DNA of 64,000 nucleotides, from assembly GCA_013377005.1 (NCBI GenBank), contig JACABE010000008.1, forward strand, positions 15,720 to 79,719, in the 5' to 3' direction. Under the pieces are notes generated by a model, which did not search any database, was not told the origin of the DNA, and saw only the letters and a list, made by a program, of their open reading frames with translations. The translations under genes and the position numbers were made by a program. The DNA comes from Bacteroidota bacterium (GTDB taxonomy: Bacteria; Bacteroidota; Bacteroidia; Bacteroidales; JACABE01). Position 1 is the stretch's first letter, and the number at the start of each line of letters is the position of its first letter. Below are positions 28,311 to 39,635 of this stretch, in pieces.

Positions 28311-29687
28311 TTATTCATGACGTAATGAAGTAACAGGATCCTGCATAGCAGCTTTTCGGGCAGGCATATAGCCAAACAAAATACCAACAGTAGCAGATAC
28401 AAAGAAAGATATTACAATAGATAAAGGCGAAATAATGGTTAATATTCCGGCTACTTCGGTAATAATTTTTGCCAATGCGATGCCTAACAAAATTCCTGCA
28501 ATACCTCCACTCAAACTAATCATGGTTGCTTCCGATAAAAACTGAGCAATTACATCTCTCTTTGTTGCTCCCAATGCCAATCGAACACCAATTTCTTTGA
28601 TACGTTCCATCACAGAGGCAAGCATAATATTCATAATACCAATCCCTCCTACTATCAGCGAAATACTGGCAATTGCACCCAACACAATATTGAAAATATC
28701 TTTGGTTTTTTGTTCTTGTTTGAGCAATAATTCAGGCACTTTTATTTCATAATCGTCAACACTGGCATGTCGGCGTTTCATCATTTGTGTAATTATTTCG
28801 GTAGTAGCCTTTATGTTTTTTGAATCGTCAACCTGTATTACTATTTTATCAATTTGATTATGATTGTCTTCATCATCAGTACTTGAAGACTCTTCATCTC
28901 CTGAATTCAATGATGCTGCAGTAATGAGCGATCTGTCTTTATACCTCAGCAATAATGTTTGCAAAGGAGCATAAATAAATTTATTGTATTCACTTATTCC
29001 TAAATTTTCTGAAGCAGATTGACTAACATTTTTTGATTGAATTACACCAATAACTTTTAACCATACTTTATTGCATTTAATATATTTCCCAATAGGGTCT
29101 TCTTTTGGAAAAAGTTTTGATTTAATAACTTGTCCAATAATGCACACTTGCTTACCTTCTCTCAGTTGTTCGTCATTGAACATTTGCCCTTGTGCAATTT
29201 CCAGATTAAAAACAGCAAAAAAATCAGGTGTTACTCCCGAAAGTTTTGCAGAACTACTAATTCCGTCTTTTATAATATCGGTTTGATAAATTACTTCAGG
29301 ACTCACTAACTTAACAGTTGGCACCATAGCTTTAATGCTTTCCGCATCTTTTAGTGTTAAACCGGGTGAAAATTTGTTTTTATTCTTGTCTTCGCCAGCT
29401 GTTTTATTATCTGAAGATTCAGCATCTTGTTTACCTTCTCCTTTTTTATTAATTTTGGGAGAAATAATAATATTGTTTACTCCTACTAATTTAATTTGAT
29501 CTAAAATTTCTTGCTGAGCTCCGTTGCCTATTGCCATCATAGCAATTACGGCTGCCACACCAAAAATTATACCCAAAGCTGTAAGCATCGAACGAAATTT
29601 ATTTGCCAATACTGCTTCAAATGCAATATTAAGAATGTAAGAAAACCGATTGGTTTCTTTTCTTATAAAGATGTTACGATAGTTCAT
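28311..29687 (-). CDS. MacB/FtsX-family ABC transporter permease (no nucleotide-binding domain)
   Basis: RSMLTALGIIFGVAAVI, GGIGIMNIMLASVMERIKEIGVRLALGA and PARKAAMQDPVTSLRHE. Confidence 0.93.
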   Translation of the reverse strand: MNYRNIFIRKETNRFSYILNIAFEAVLANKFRSMLTALGIIFGVAAVIAMMAIGNGAQQEILDQIKLVGVNNIIISPKINKKGEGKQDAESSDNKTAGEDKNKNKFSPGLTLKDAESIKAMVPTVKLVSPEVIYQTDIIKDGISSSAKLSGVTPDFFAVFNLEIAQGQMFNDEQLREGKQVCIIGQVIKSKLFPKEDPIGKYIKCNKVWLKVIGVIQSKNVSQSASENLGISEYNKFIYAPLQTLLLRYKDRSLITAASLNSGDEESSSTDDEDNHNQIDKIVIQVDDSKNIKATTEIITQMMKRRHASVDDYEIKVPELLLKQEQKTKDIFNIVLGAIASISLIVGGIGIMNIMLASVMERIKEIGVRLALGATKRDVIAQFLSEATMISLSGGIAGILLGIALAKIITEVAGILTIISPLSIVISFFVSATVGILFGYMPARKAAMQDPVTSLRHE

Positions 29688-30928
29688 GATAGTTTCACAA
29701 GTTTAAGTTTTTCTGCATTTTCGGGTGTTAACAGATAAACTTTATCTTTTTCGGTAAGTCCTTTTGTAATAATTATCTCATTTTCGTTGCTAACACCTGC
29801 TTTTACTTGTTGTTTTATAACCCTTGATCCTTCTGCTTTGAAAACATAAGTAATACTATCGCTGGTGTGAACACTTTCAATGGGAACATAAATTACGTTG
29901 GGAACAATTGCAGTAATAATGGTGTTTTTTGTTGTCATGGCTGGACGCAAAATTGAGTCAAATTCATGAACTAATATTTTAACTTCAAATACCTTGGCAT
30001 TAGTTCCTTGCATTTGTTCACCAATATTGGCTACTTCGGTAACTTCGCCGGTAAATTTCTTTTCTGGAAAAGCATCCACTCCTATTTCTACTCTTTGTCC
30101 TATTTTTACTTTGCTAATATCTATCTCGTTGATATATGTTTTAGAAATCATTTTCGACAAATTGGGTAATGTAGCGACCACATTGCTCCATGCATCAATC
30201 GTACTGCCTACAGCTTTTTTCTTACCATTCCAATCTCTTTTGTAAATAAGCATTCCTGTTTTAGGTGCTTTCACCGTAAATTCATCCAACACACTCATCA
30301 ACATTTGAAATTTACGTTTTGATTGGTCGTATGAAGCTGTTATTTCACCTATGGTAGCTTTTGCTTTGCTATATTTTAATTTATAATTCTGTACCGCTTG
30401 TTCGTAGCTACGTTTCGATTTTTGTAAATCAATTTCAGCTTGACGAATGCTGGCAGGCGGTTCATATTTAGATTGATCGAGTGTAATTTGTCGTTCTTCC
30501 TCTGCAAATTTAAGGTTTATCAATTCATCGCGGGCACTTCGTAGTTCTAATGTTGTATCTAATCTTGTGCGGGTAAGCTGAGACTCTAATTTTTCTAATT
30601 CTGTCTGAATATCTTTAAGTTTATTACTTATTTCTGTTTTATCCAGTGTTGCTACATATTGCCCCGAATCAACCACAGTTCCTTCGGGTATCATTTCGCT
30701 GATTTTTACCTGCCATATCCCTATAGAACGCAAGCCGTCAGGTCCATATATTTCCTGCGAACTTTTAGCATCCAACTCGCCGGTAGTAGTAACTTTAATA
30801 TCGAAATTACCTTTTTTAACAGGAACAACTACAACACTATTATCTTTATTATTATTTCCGGTAAAAAACCAAATTAACAATAATAATGCAATGACAGCGG
30901 GAATAATAATCCATTTCTTTTTCTTCAT
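29684..30928 (-). CDS. Periplasmic adaptor (MacA/HlyD-type membrane fusion protein)
   Basis: N-terminal TM anchor, lipoyl half-motifs, a coiled-coil hairpin, INEIDISKVKIGQ and LRPAMT. Confidence 0.88.
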   Translation of the reverse strand: MKKKKWIIIPAVIALLLLIWFFTGNNNKDNSVVVVPVKKGNFDIKVTTTGELDAKSSQEIYGPDGLRSIGIWQVKISEMIPEGTVVDSGQYVATLDKTEISNKLKDIQTELEKLESQLTRTRLDTTLELRSARDELINLKFAEEERQITLDQSKYEPPASIRQAEIDLQKSKRSYEQAVQNYKLKYSKAKATIGEITASYDQSKRKFQMLMSVLDEFTVKAPKTGMLIYKRDWNGKKKAVGSTIDAWSNVVATLPNLSKMISKTYINEIDISKVKIGQRVEIGVDAFPEKKFTGEVTEVANIGEQMQGTNAKVFEVKILVHEFDSILRPAMTTKNTIITAIVPNVIYVPIESVHTSDSITYVFKAEGSRVIKQQVKAGVSNENEIIITKGLTEKDKVYLLTPENAEKLKLVKLS

Positions 30929-30986
30929 TGTTGTTGGGTTTTAAATTTCATGAAAACGAAATTAATATCAAAAAAGTATATTGTTG

Positions 30987-32324
30987 CTATTTGTTTTTAA
31001 TTTTATGTCCCAAAACAGCATAATATAATATTACCAAATAACAAGGAATTGCAATCCAGTAAGCCTGTTGGGTACTATGCAATATATGAGTTAACCATCC
31101 ATAAAGTAATGGTAGGGTTGCACCACCGGCAATTGCCATTATAAGCAAAGCTGAACCCAATTTTGTATATTTTCCTACATTATTTAACGCAAGGGGCCAA
31201 ATAGCAGGCCAAACTAACGAATTGGCAATCCCCAACATTGCAATAAATAATACTGTATAAGGTATTGTTAGAATTACAGATTGAAAAGTTGCTAAATCAA
31301 TAAATGGAATTTCAAAACTAAGGTTAGAGGGCACCATTACTGCTGCCAGCGTAAAAAATATGCCAGTTATAGCACAAAGCATCAGTGCAGTTTTTTGAGA
31401 AATAACTTTGGGAATTAAAGCCACTCCAAAGAAATAACCAATTACCATGAATACTAACATTAAGGAAGTAAAATATTTTGCAGAACTCATAGCTATACCC
31501 AATGAATCGCCATAGCGAATAATAGTATCACCAGCAATTACTTCAACTCCGACATAAAAAAACAAAGCAACAACACCTAATAATAAATGAGGATAATCAA
31601 AAATACTTTTTTTCGTATTGTTTGATGTATCTTTTTCTTCATCTTCTTCGGGATTAATTTCTGGAAGATGTGCAAAACGAATCATTATTGCCAGTAAAGC
31701 CAGAAAAACAGTTATCAGCAAATAAGGTAGAATCATTCGTTGAGCCAGTTCGTCGAGTAAATTGGCACGTTGGGTGAAATCCGTTAAAGCAGCAAGCTTT
31801 GTTTTAATAGCTTCAGCATCTTTTAATAATATAGATGCCAATAATATGGGTGCCAATACACCAGCAACTTTATTGCAAATTCCCATTATACTAATACGTT
31901 TTGCTGCACTTTCTATAGGTCCAAGTATGGTTACATAGGGATTCACAGCAGTCTGCAACAATGCCAAACCAGTACCTAATACAAACAAGCCAGTTAAAAA
32001 CAAAAAGTAAGAACGAGTAATAGCAGCAGGAACAAACAATAATGCACCCAATGACATTACAGCTAAACCAAGCGTCATCCCGTTTCTAAAACCAATACGT
32101 TCCAGTATTTTAGAGGAAGGAATTGCCATTACAAAATAAGAAATATAAAAAGCAAAAGTTACCAGATATGCCATTACATCTGATAATTCACAAGCTGTTT
32201 TTAAAAATGGAATCAAAGCTCCGTTGAGCCAGGTAACAAACCCAAATAGAAAAAATAGTAATCCAATTAAAGAAATTGAAAAAATATAATCAGATTTGCT
32301 GTTTAAACGCTCATTGTTTGCCAT
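30987..32324 (-). CDS. FucP/GluP-family sugar MFS transporter
   Basis: LFFLFGFVTWLNG, LQTAVNPYV, FFYVGVEV and LIMAIAGGA. Confidence 0.92.
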   Translation of the reverse strand: MANNERLNSKSDYIFSISLIGLLFFLFGFVTWLNGALIPFLKTACELSDVMAYLVTFAFYISYFVMAIPSSKILERIGFRNGMTLGLAVMSLGALLFVPAAITRSYFLFLTGLFVLGTGLALLQTAVNPYVTILGPIESAAKRISIMGICNKVAGVLAPILLASILLKDAEAIKTKLAALTDFTQRANLLDELAQRMILPYLLITVFLALLAIMIRFAHLPEINPEEDEEKDTSNNTKKSIFDYPHLLLGVVALFFYVGVEVIAGDTIIRYGDSLGIAMSSAKYFTSLMLVFMVIGYFFGVALIPKVISQKTALMLCAITGIFFTLAAVMVPSNLSFEIPFIDLATFQSVILTIPYTVLFIAMLGIANSLVWPAIWPLALNNVGKYTKLGSALLIMAIAGGATLPLLYGWLTHILHSTQQAYWIAIPCYLVILYYAVLGHKIKNK

Positions 32325-32451
32325 AAAATTAATTTTTATTGCAAACGTAAATAATTTTTGTGAATAATAGAGAGATGTAAAGGTTTTTGTTATAAAAAGA
32401 AACTGATTGAAAAACCCATTATAAATTATAATTTTACTAAAAGTATGCTAA

Positions 32452-33099
32452 CTACTTATTATCAGCTTTATCTTCCAATAAAGGTACAAATCTGAAAGTA
32501 CCATGTTCTGTCTGTTCAATTTGGGTTTCAGAAATTTTAATAACGCTTATCATGGTTTGTACATCTTCACCCACAGGGACAATAAGAATACCTCCTACCT
32601 TAAGTTGCTGAATTAATGCTTCTGGAATAAACGGTGCACCAGCAGTAACTATTATTTTATCAAATGGTGCAAAAGCAGGCAAGCCAGCATAGCCATCACC
32701 ATAGAACATACGAGGATTGTAACCTATTGTTGGTAAAAAAGCTTTAGTTCTTTGATACAATGGTTTCTGACGTTCAATTGTAAATACTTTCGCACCTAAT
32801 TCAAGTAAAACACAAGCTTGATAGCCAGAACCGGTTCCAACTTCCAACACTTTTTCTCCTCTTTTTATTTTCAATAATTCCGATTGAAAAGCAACAGTAT
32901 AAGGTTGCGAAATTGTCTGTCCATTGCCTATTGGAAAGGCTTTGTCTTGATATGCAAATTCAATAAATGAAGAATCCAAGAAAAAATGACGTGGGATTTT
33001 TTCAATAGCAGCCAATATATTGTCATCTTTTATTCCTTTTTCTTTAATGGTTGCTATTAGTTGTTTCCGTAAGCCCTTGTGTTTGTATGAATCTATCAT
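32452..33099 (-). CDS. pcm: Protein-L-isoaspartate O-methyltransferase
   Basis: IPRHFF, GQTISQPY, LEVGTGSGYQ, APFDKIIVTAGA and FVPL. Confidence 0.96.
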   Translation of the reverse strand: MIDSYKHKGLRKQLIATIKEKGIKDDNILAAIEKIPRHFFLDSSFIEFAYQDKAFPIGNGQTISQPYTVAFQSELLKIKRGEKVLEVGTGSGYQACVLLELGAKVFTIERQKPLYQRTKAFLPTIGYNPRMFYGDGYAGLPAFAPFDKIIVTAGAPFIPEALIQQLKVGGILIVPVGEDVQTMISVIKISETQIEQTEHGTFRFVPLLEDKADNK

Positions 33100-33194
33100 T
33101 TATTATTTTTTCTACAGCTTTGTTTATTTTTTTGCGAAAATACTAATTTCAATGACGATAAAAAATTACTTTTGCAAAAAAATAATTTAAGCTT

Positions 33195-34166
33195 ATGTTA
33201 CGAATTGGCATTATGGGTGCCGGGCACCTTGGGAAAATACATATAAAATGTATTCAGCAAATACCCGAATATAAATTTGTAGGTTTTTTTGATCCAGATC
33301 AGGAAAATGCAAAAAAGGTTGCAGAAGAATACAATACCCACTCATTTTCTTCTATTGAAGAGTTAATTGACGAGGTAGATGTAGTTGATATAGTTACACC
33401 AACATTATCGCATTTTGATTGTGCCTCAAAATCATTAAAACGAGGAAAGCATGTTTTTATCGAAAAACCAATAGCTGCATCAGCAGCAGAAGCAAAAAAA
33501 ATGATAGAACTATCAACAGAAGCAAACGTAAAAGTTCAAGTGGGACATGTTGAAAGATTCAACCCTGCTTTTACAGCTGCTGTTAAGTTTATTGAAAACC
33601 CTATGTTTATCGAAACGCATCGTTTAGCTCAATTTAATCCTCGTGGAACTGACGTTCCTGTAATTCTCGATTTGATGATACACGATATTGATATTGTGTT
33701 AAGTGTAGTTAAATCAAATGTTCGGAAAATTAGTGCTAGTGGTGTAAAAGTAGTAAGTGATACTCCTGATATAGCAAATGCTCGCATTGAGTTTGATAAT
33801 GGCTGTGTTGCTAATCTTACTGCTAGTCGTATTTCTATGAAAAATATGCGCAAATCAAGATTCTTCCAAAAAGATGCTTACATTGCAGTTGACTTTTTAG
33901 AAAAGACAACAGAAATAGTTCGTATGAAAGAAGTTAATCCTAATGATAACGACCCATTTGCTATGATTATTGAATTAGGTGAAAACAAAGGTTCAAAACA
34001 AATATTTATTGAAAAACCAGAAATTCTGGCAGTAAATGCAATTAAAATGGAGTTAGAAGCTTTCTATCATTCTATTATTAACAACACTACTCCTTTAGTA
34101 TCAATTATTGATGGATACAATGCCTTAAATGTCGCTTACCAAATTATTGATAAGTTAAACGATTAA
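33195..34166 (+). CDS. Gfo/Idh/MocA family oxidoreductase
   Basis: GAGHLG, HVFIEKP, VGHVERFNP and DLMIHDID. Confidence 0.93.
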   Translation: MLRIGIMGAGHLGKIHIKCIQQIPEYKFVGFFDPDQENAKKVAEEYNTHSFSSIEELIDEVDVVDIVTPTLSHFDCASKSLKRGKHVFIEKPIAASAAEAKKMIELSTEANVKVQVGHVERFNPAFTAAVKFIENPMFIETHRLAQFNPRGTDVPVILDLMIHDIDIVLSVVKSNVRKISASGVKVVSDTPDIANARIEFDNGCVANLTASRISMKNMRKSRFFQKDAYIAVDFLEKTTEIVRMKEVNPNDNDPFAMIIELGENKGSKQIFIEKPEILAVNAIKMELEAFYHSIINNTTPLVSIIDGYNALNVAYQIIDKLND

Positions 34167-34248
34167 GTAGTTTTTTATTTCCAAGAATATACTAAACCCA
34201 CAAATTTATCGTTTAACTCTATTTATATTTGTTTTCAATTATATTAAT

Positions 34249-35178
34249 ATGATATCACAAAAGTATTCATTCATCTTGATTTTTAAAGCATTACTTTTTC
34301 TTTTCATTTTTGCTCCTTTGTTTTTTTCATGCAATAAATTTGATGGCACCCAAACCATTCCGGCTTATATTCATATCGAAAAAATCACATTAGTTGATAA
34401 TCCAAATATAAATGAAGGAAGTTTGTCGAACAAAATCACAGATGCATGGGTATATGTGGATGATGAGTTAATCGGAGCCTTTCAACTACCAGCTACTTTT
34501 CCTGTTTTAAAAAGCGGGAAACACAAAATAAGCATTCACCCAGGCATTAAAATGAATGGAATGTTAGGAACAAGAGTGGAATATGAGTTCTATAAAAATA
34601 TAGATATTACTGATTTTAATTTTGTTGAAGATAGTATAATTAAAATTGATACACTTGTCACCAGAACTTCTTATAGAGATAATCTAAATCTTGACTGGAA
34701 AGAAGATTTTGATGACGGAACTATTCTATTTCAAAAACGTACAGGTAGCGATACAAATATTATTCAAACTATTGCACCCGCTAATTTATTTGAAGGTACT
34801 CCTACAGGGATTGTGAACCTTGATCAAAATCACACTTTTTTTGAAATTGAACCTGTTGGTGACAATTTTGTTTTGCCCAAAAATTCCTCACCTGTCTTTT
34901 TAGAAATGAACTACAAAACAAATAATAGTTTTTATGTAGGTCTTTTGGTTTACTCCTCAAGCAGTCAAACAATTCCATCCGCTAAAGTTTCTACAATTGC
35001 TCTATATCCTAGCTCTGAATGGAAAAAAATCTATATTAATTTCACGCCTGATGTCAGTGATTACTACAATGCAACAAGCTTTAAATTCTTTATAGGAGGA
35101 TACAAAGATGACGGCATTCAAAATGCTGAAATTCTTTTTGATAATATAAAAATGGTTTATTTTAAAACTTCAAAATAA
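34249..35178 (+). CDS. Hypothetical lipoprotein
   Basis: Hydrophobic N-terminus with an FFSC lipobox; 309-aa ORF. Confidence 0.7.
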   Translation: MISQKYSFILIFKALLFLFIFAPLFFSCNKFDGTQTIPAYIHIEKITLVDNPNINEGSLSNKITDAWVYVDDELIGAFQLPATFPVLKSGKHKISIHPGIKMNGMLGTRVEYEFYKNIDITDFNFVEDSIIKIDTLVTRTSYRDNLNLDWKEDFDDGTILFQKRTGSDTNIIQTIAPANLFEGTPTGIVNLDQNHTFFEIEPVGDNFVLPKNSSPVFLEMNYKTNNSFYVGLLVYSSSSQTIPSAKVSTIALYPSSEWKKIYINFTPDVSDYYNATSFKFFIGGYKDDGIQNAEILFDNIKMVYFKTSK

Positions 35179-35188
35179 ACGCCCAACC

Positions 35189-36604
35189 ATGAATAAAAAA
35201 CTACATGTTGCCAAATATGTATCTGCTGATGTCTTTTCTGCTATGCTTGCATGGGGTTTGTTTTTTATTTATCGGAAAAATAAAATAGAACCAGATATTC
35301 TTCGAAATTTTGATATAATCATTAATGATTTAAACCTTTACAAAGGTTTGTTATTTGTGCCAGTTTTTTGGATGCTATTGTATTTAATGATAGGAACATA
35401 CAGGAAAATTTACCGAAAATCAAGATTAAAAGAACTCGAACAAACATTTGTAATCAGCTTAATTGGGGTTTTAATCATCTTTTTTGCTTTAATTTTAGAC
35501 GATGTAATTGTAACTTATAAAAATTACTATCAATCTTTTTTAGTGCTATTTTCATTACATTTCTTTTTCACATACCTATTCCGATTAATTATCACTTCCC
35601 AGACGGCCTATAAGATTCATCATAAAATTTTAGGTTTTAGTACAGTTATTGTTGGAAGCGGCAAAAATGCTGTAAAAACGTTTCAGGATATTGAAAATCA
35701 AGTTGAATCTTCAGGAAATAAATTTATCGGCTTTGTAAGTGTTAATGGAAATGAAGAATCATTAATGAGTAATTACTTGCCATACCTGAATAATTACAAG
35801 TCGTTAAAAAGTATCATAAATGAGTTGAGTATTGAAGAAGTTGTTATTGCAATTGAAGATAATGAACATAAAATGATTGAGAATATTATTACTGCTCTTG
35901 AAGATAGCGAAGTTGTAATTAAAATAACTCCTGATATTCAGGATATTTTATTGGGCTCTGTAAAAATGAGTGCAATATTTCAAGCTCCATTGATACTAAT
36001 TTCTCCAGACTTAATGCCTGCCTGGCAACAATCATTAAAACGAATTCTAGATATTATCTCCTCTATCTTGATGTTAGTGCTTTTATCACCTGTTTATTTA
36101 GCTACAGCACTTATAATAAAATCATCTTCAAAAGGACCTGTTTTTTATTCACATGAACGTATTGGATTGAAAGGCAAACCTTTTTTAATGTATAAATTTC
36201 GTTCTATGTATATCAACGCTGAAAATGGAACACCTTTGTTATCATGCAAAAGCGATCCCCGCATAACAAATTTCGGTAGATTTATGAGAAAAGTACGGCT
36301 GGATGAAATCCCCCAGTTTTACAATGTATTAAAAGGTAATATGTCCTTAGTTGGTCCACGTCCTGAAAGGCAATATTTTATCAATGAAATCATAAAAAAA
36401 TCACCGCATTATCTATTACTTCACAAAGTTAAACCAGGAATAACATCTTGGGGGCAGGTGAAATTTGGCTATGCCGAAAATGTAGAAGAAATGACAGAAA
36501 GACTAAAATATGATTTATTATATATTGAAAATATGTCATTAGTCACTGACTTTAAAATACTTCTATACACATTCTTAATTATAATTCAGGGTCGGGGAAA
36601 ATAA
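35189..36604 (+). CDS. Polyprenyl-phosphate sugar-phosphate transferase (WcaJ/bacterial sugar transferase family)
   Basis: Four TM segments, a CoA-binding-like region, KRILD, YKFRSM, DPRIT, RLDEIPQ, MSLVGPRPE and KPGITSWGQV. Confidence 0.93.
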   Translation: MNKKLHVAKYVSADVFSAMLAWGLFFIYRKNKIEPDILRNFDIIINDLNLYKGLLFVPVFWMLLYLMIGTYRKIYRKSRLKELEQTFVISLIGVLIIFFALILDDVIVTYKNYYQSFLVLFSLHFFFTYLFRLIITSQTAYKIHHKILGFSTVIVGSGKNAVKTFQDIENQVESSGNKFIGFVSVNGNEESLMSNYLPYLNNYKSLKSIINELSIEEVVIAIEDNEHKMIENIITALEDSEVVIKITPDIQDILLGSVKMSAIFQAPLILISPDLMPAWQQSLKRILDIISSILMLVLLSPVYLATALIIKSSSKGPVFYSHERIGLKGKPFLMYKFRSMYINAENGTPLLSCKSDPRITNFGRFMRKVRLDEIPQFYNVLKGNMSLVGPRPERQYFINEIIKKSPHYLLLHKVKPGITSWGQVKFGYAENVEEMTERLKYDLLYIENMSLVTDFKILLYTFLIIIQGRGK

Positions 36605-36865
36605 AGGGATTATTCTTTTTATAAATATTTTTTAATCTTTTCTTTTTATCAATTTGCAGAGTTTATTATTCAATAAACTATCAAATTCATTTATCGCCGA
36701 ATGTTTCTATTCAATAAAATTAATTATCAATAAGAACTGATAAATACAAAACAAATAGGTCTATTTCAATGTTACTAATTTACAAAAGATTGTTAATAAG
36801 AAAACAATTCTTTTTACGTTAGTTTTAAAACATTATATAAATTTGTTACCATTAAAATACGAACT

Positions 36866-37633
36866 ATGAAAAAAATAATTACCTATAATGTCAACGGAAT
36901 TAGGTCAGCTATGTCGAAAGGTTGGCTAGACTGGGTGAAAATTGTAAACCCTGATATTATATGCTTGCAAGAACTAAAAGCTCAGAGCGAACAATTACCG
37001 TTACTTGAGTTTCAGCAAGCAGGATATACTTGCTATTATCATACTGCTGTAAAAAAAGGTTATAGCGGTGTTGCTATTCTTTCAAAAACAGTTCCAGATA
37101 AAGTCATTATCGGCATTGGGATAGAAAAATACGATAACGAGGGTAGGTTTATACGTGCCGATTATGGTGATGTTTCCGTAATTAGCGTTTATCACCCTTC
37201 TGGCAGTAGTGGCAATGAAAGACAAGCATTTAAAATGACTTGGCTAACTGATTTTCATAAATATATCAATGAATTAAGAAAAGAAAGACCCAACTTAATT
37301 ATAGCAGGTGATTACAATATTTGTCACAAACCTATTGATATTCACGATCCTATTAGAAATGCCACAAGTTCAGGTTTTTTGCCCGAAGAACGAGAATGGA
37401 TAAATGATTTTATCGAGGACGGTTTTGTAGATGCATTCAGAGCTTTTAATAAAGAACCTCATCAATATACCTGGTGGAGTTTTCGTACAAAAGCTAGAGA
37501 CAGAAACTTAGGCTGGCGTATTGACTACCTTTTGGTAAGTAAAAGTATAGAAGATAAAATGAAACGCTCGGTTATTTTAGCCGATGCAGTTCACTCGGAT
37601 CACTGCCCGGTTTTATTAGAAATTGATTTTTAA
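36866..37633 (+). CDS. xth: Exodeoxyribonuclease III
   Basis: YNVNGIRS, CLQELK, GYSGV, GDYNICH, YTWW, GWRIDY and SDHCP. Confidence 0.96.
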   Translation: MKKIITYNVNGIRSAMSKGWLDWVKIVNPDIICLQELKAQSEQLPLLEFQQAGYTCYYHTAVKKGYSGVAILSKTVPDKVIIGIGIEKYDNEGRFIRADYGDVSVISVYHPSGSSGNERQAFKMTWLTDFHKYINELRKERPNLIIAGDYNICHKPIDIHDPIRNATSSGFLPEEREWINDFIEDGFVDAFRAFNKEPHQYTWWSFRTKARDRNLGWRIDYLLVSKSIEDKMKRSVILADAVHSDHCPVLLEIDF

Positions 37634-37782
37634 TAAAAATTCTCTAAAGTATTCAGAGTACTTAAGTTTAAGAATTAAAAGCAATGGAAATTAATAAATC
37701 GTTCTTTCTTTAAAAAATTCTTGATAATCAGCATTTCAATAAAAAAACTACATAAATATCTATAAATTTAAAAATCAAACAA

Positions 37783-38814
37783 ATGAAAAAAATACATTTT
37801 AATCTTATAATTTTTGCATTGATAGCTTTTTCTTTCACATCCTGTGTTACTCAAAAACGTTACACAGATTTGGAAACGAAATACAAAAAATGCAACGATG
37901 ATTTAACAACTATCGAAAAAGCAAAAAATGATATTGTAGTGCAAAATACTGAATTAAATGCTGATCTGGAAAAAGTAAAAAAGCAAAAAGCTGAACTTGA
38001 AGATGAATCATCAATGATAAAAGATAACTATGAAAAACTTCAAGCTGAGCAAGCCGTTTTATCAACAGATTATTCAGCTATGCAGCAAAAATACACCAAG
38101 CTTTTGGGAGGAAACCGTACAGAAACATCTGAAATAATGGAGGCTTTACAAAAAACTCAAGCTGATTTACTAAAAAAAGAAACTGATCTAAAAAAAACTG
38201 AAGCTGATATGCAGAAAATGCAAAATCAGCTAAATGAGAAAAAGAATAATTTAGATTCTTTGTCGGCTTTAATGGATATAAAAGAAAAGAAGTTAAATGA
38301 ACTTCAAACTATTCTTGACAATAAAGATAAACAAGTTGCCGATTTGAAAAACAAAATTACGACAGCTTTATTAGGATTTAAAGATAAAGGACTTACCATA
38401 GAAACCCGCAATGGGAAAGTATATGTTTCGATGGAAGAAAAACTTTTATTTGCATCGGGAAGTTGGAATGTTGCTGAAGAAGGTAAAGATGCCTTAAAAA
38501 GTGTTGCCAAAGTTCTTGAAACAAATCCTGACATTAATGTAACAATAGAAGGTCATACCGACAATATACCTTACAATGGTATCGGGCAAGTAAGAGACAA
38601 CTGGGATTTGAGTGTATTGAGAGCTACTTCAATTGTAAAAATAATACTTGAAAACAAAAGTATTGATGCAAAACGCATTGTAGCTTCTGGTCGTAGTCAG
38701 TATTTACCTATAGAAACCACAGATACCAAAGAAGCCCGTGCGAAAAATCGTCGTACTGAAATTATTCTAACTCCAAAACTTGACGAATTAATGAAAGTGC
38801 TCGATAACAACTAA
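37783..38814 (+). CDS. OmpA/MotB-domain lipoprotein with a long coiled coil
   Basis: FTSC lipobox, coiled coil, LLFASGS, EGHTDN, NWDLSVLRA and NRRTEIIL. Confidence 0.9.
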   Translation: MKKIHFNLIIFALIAFSFTSCVTQKRYTDLETKYKKCNDDLTTIEKAKNDIVVQNTELNADLEKVKKQKAELEDESSMIKDNYEKLQAEQAVLSTDYSAMQQKYTKLLGGNRTETSEIMEALQKTQADLLKKETDLKKTEADMQKMQNQLNEKKNNLDSLSALMDIKEKKLNELQTILDNKDKQVADLKNKITTALLGFKDKGLTIETRNGKVYVSMEEKLLFASGSWNVAEEGKDALKSVAKVLETNPDINVTIEGHTDNIPYNGIGQVRDNWDLSVLRATSIVKIILENKSIDAKRIVASGRSQYLPIETTDTKEARAKNRRTEIILTPKLDELMKVLDNN

Positions 38815-38943
38815 ATTATAAAAACACATAATTTATATAAAAAACTTTAGTCTCTTTTATTGAACAATCAAATTAAAATCTTGTTATAAGATTGAATTTT
38901 GGCTTAATAATAATTATAAAAACTTATATAAAACAAATAAAAA

Positions 38944-39456
38944 ATGACAAAAAATTCAGGAATAACAACATTTATGGGCAATCCATTAACATTGTTAGGA
39001 AACATGGTAAAACCAGGCGACAAGGCTTACGATTTCACAGCTATTGGCGAAGGTTTGAAACCTGTAAAATTAAGTGATTATGATGGAAAAGTAAGAATTA
39101 TTTCCTTGGTTCCATCTGTTGACACTGGAGTTTGCGCCGCACAAACCCGTAAATTCAACGTAGAAGCTGCCAATTTGGGTGACATTGTAATTTTAACTAT
39201 TTCATGCGATTTACCATTCGCATTAGGTCGCTTTTGTGCAGCCGAAGGCATTGATAAAGTAATTACTTTATCAGACCATAAAGATACCAATTTTGGTTTA
39301 AACTATGGTTTTTTAATTGAAGAACTTCGTTTACTCAATCGAGGTATTGTTATTGTTGACAAAAAAGGCATGGTTTCTTATGTAGAATATGTGAAAGAAA
39401 ATACAGAACATCCTGATTACGACAAAGCCATTGCAGAAGCTAAAAAATTATTATAA
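38944..39456 (+). CDS. tpx: Thiol peroxidase (atypical 2-Cys peroxiredoxin)
   Basis: PSVDTGVC, ISCDLPFALGRFC and HPDYD. Confidence 0.95.
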   Translation: MTKNSGITTFMGNPLTLLGNMVKPGDKAYDFTAIGEGLKPVKLSDYDGKVRIISLVPSVDTGVCAAQTRKFNVEAANLGDIVILTISCDLPFALGRFCAAEGIDKVITLSDHKDTNFGLNYGFLIEELRLLNRGIVIVDKKGMVSYVEYVKENTEHPDYDKAIAEAKKLL

Positions 39457-39485
39457 TGTGTGTTTAAATTGTTTTTTATGTCAAG

Positions 39486-39514
39486 AGCCGGATTAATTCA
39501 TAGTCCGGCTTTTT
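39486..39514 (+). terminator. Rho-independent terminator after tpx
   Basis: AGCCGGATTA...TAGTCCGGCT followed by a T-run. Confidence 0.8.
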
Positions 39515-39635
39515 GTTTTTAACATTGCTGCTCAAGTGAAAAAAATAGATACCTTTGTGTTTGGTTATTAATATCTTTACATATTATAATGAAGAAGAAT
39601 ACCACCTTACGAATAAAATTACTTTTAAAAGTATC

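Noticed and set aside
28298-28402. Extended TolC start at 28402
   Set aside because: It overlaps the permease by about 90 nt. The signal peptide starts at 28297 (or 28318).
37900-38350. Short tandem-like DNA repeats in the OmpA/MotB gene
   Set aside because: Explained by coiled-coil heptads (e.g. QADLLKKETDLKKTEADM).
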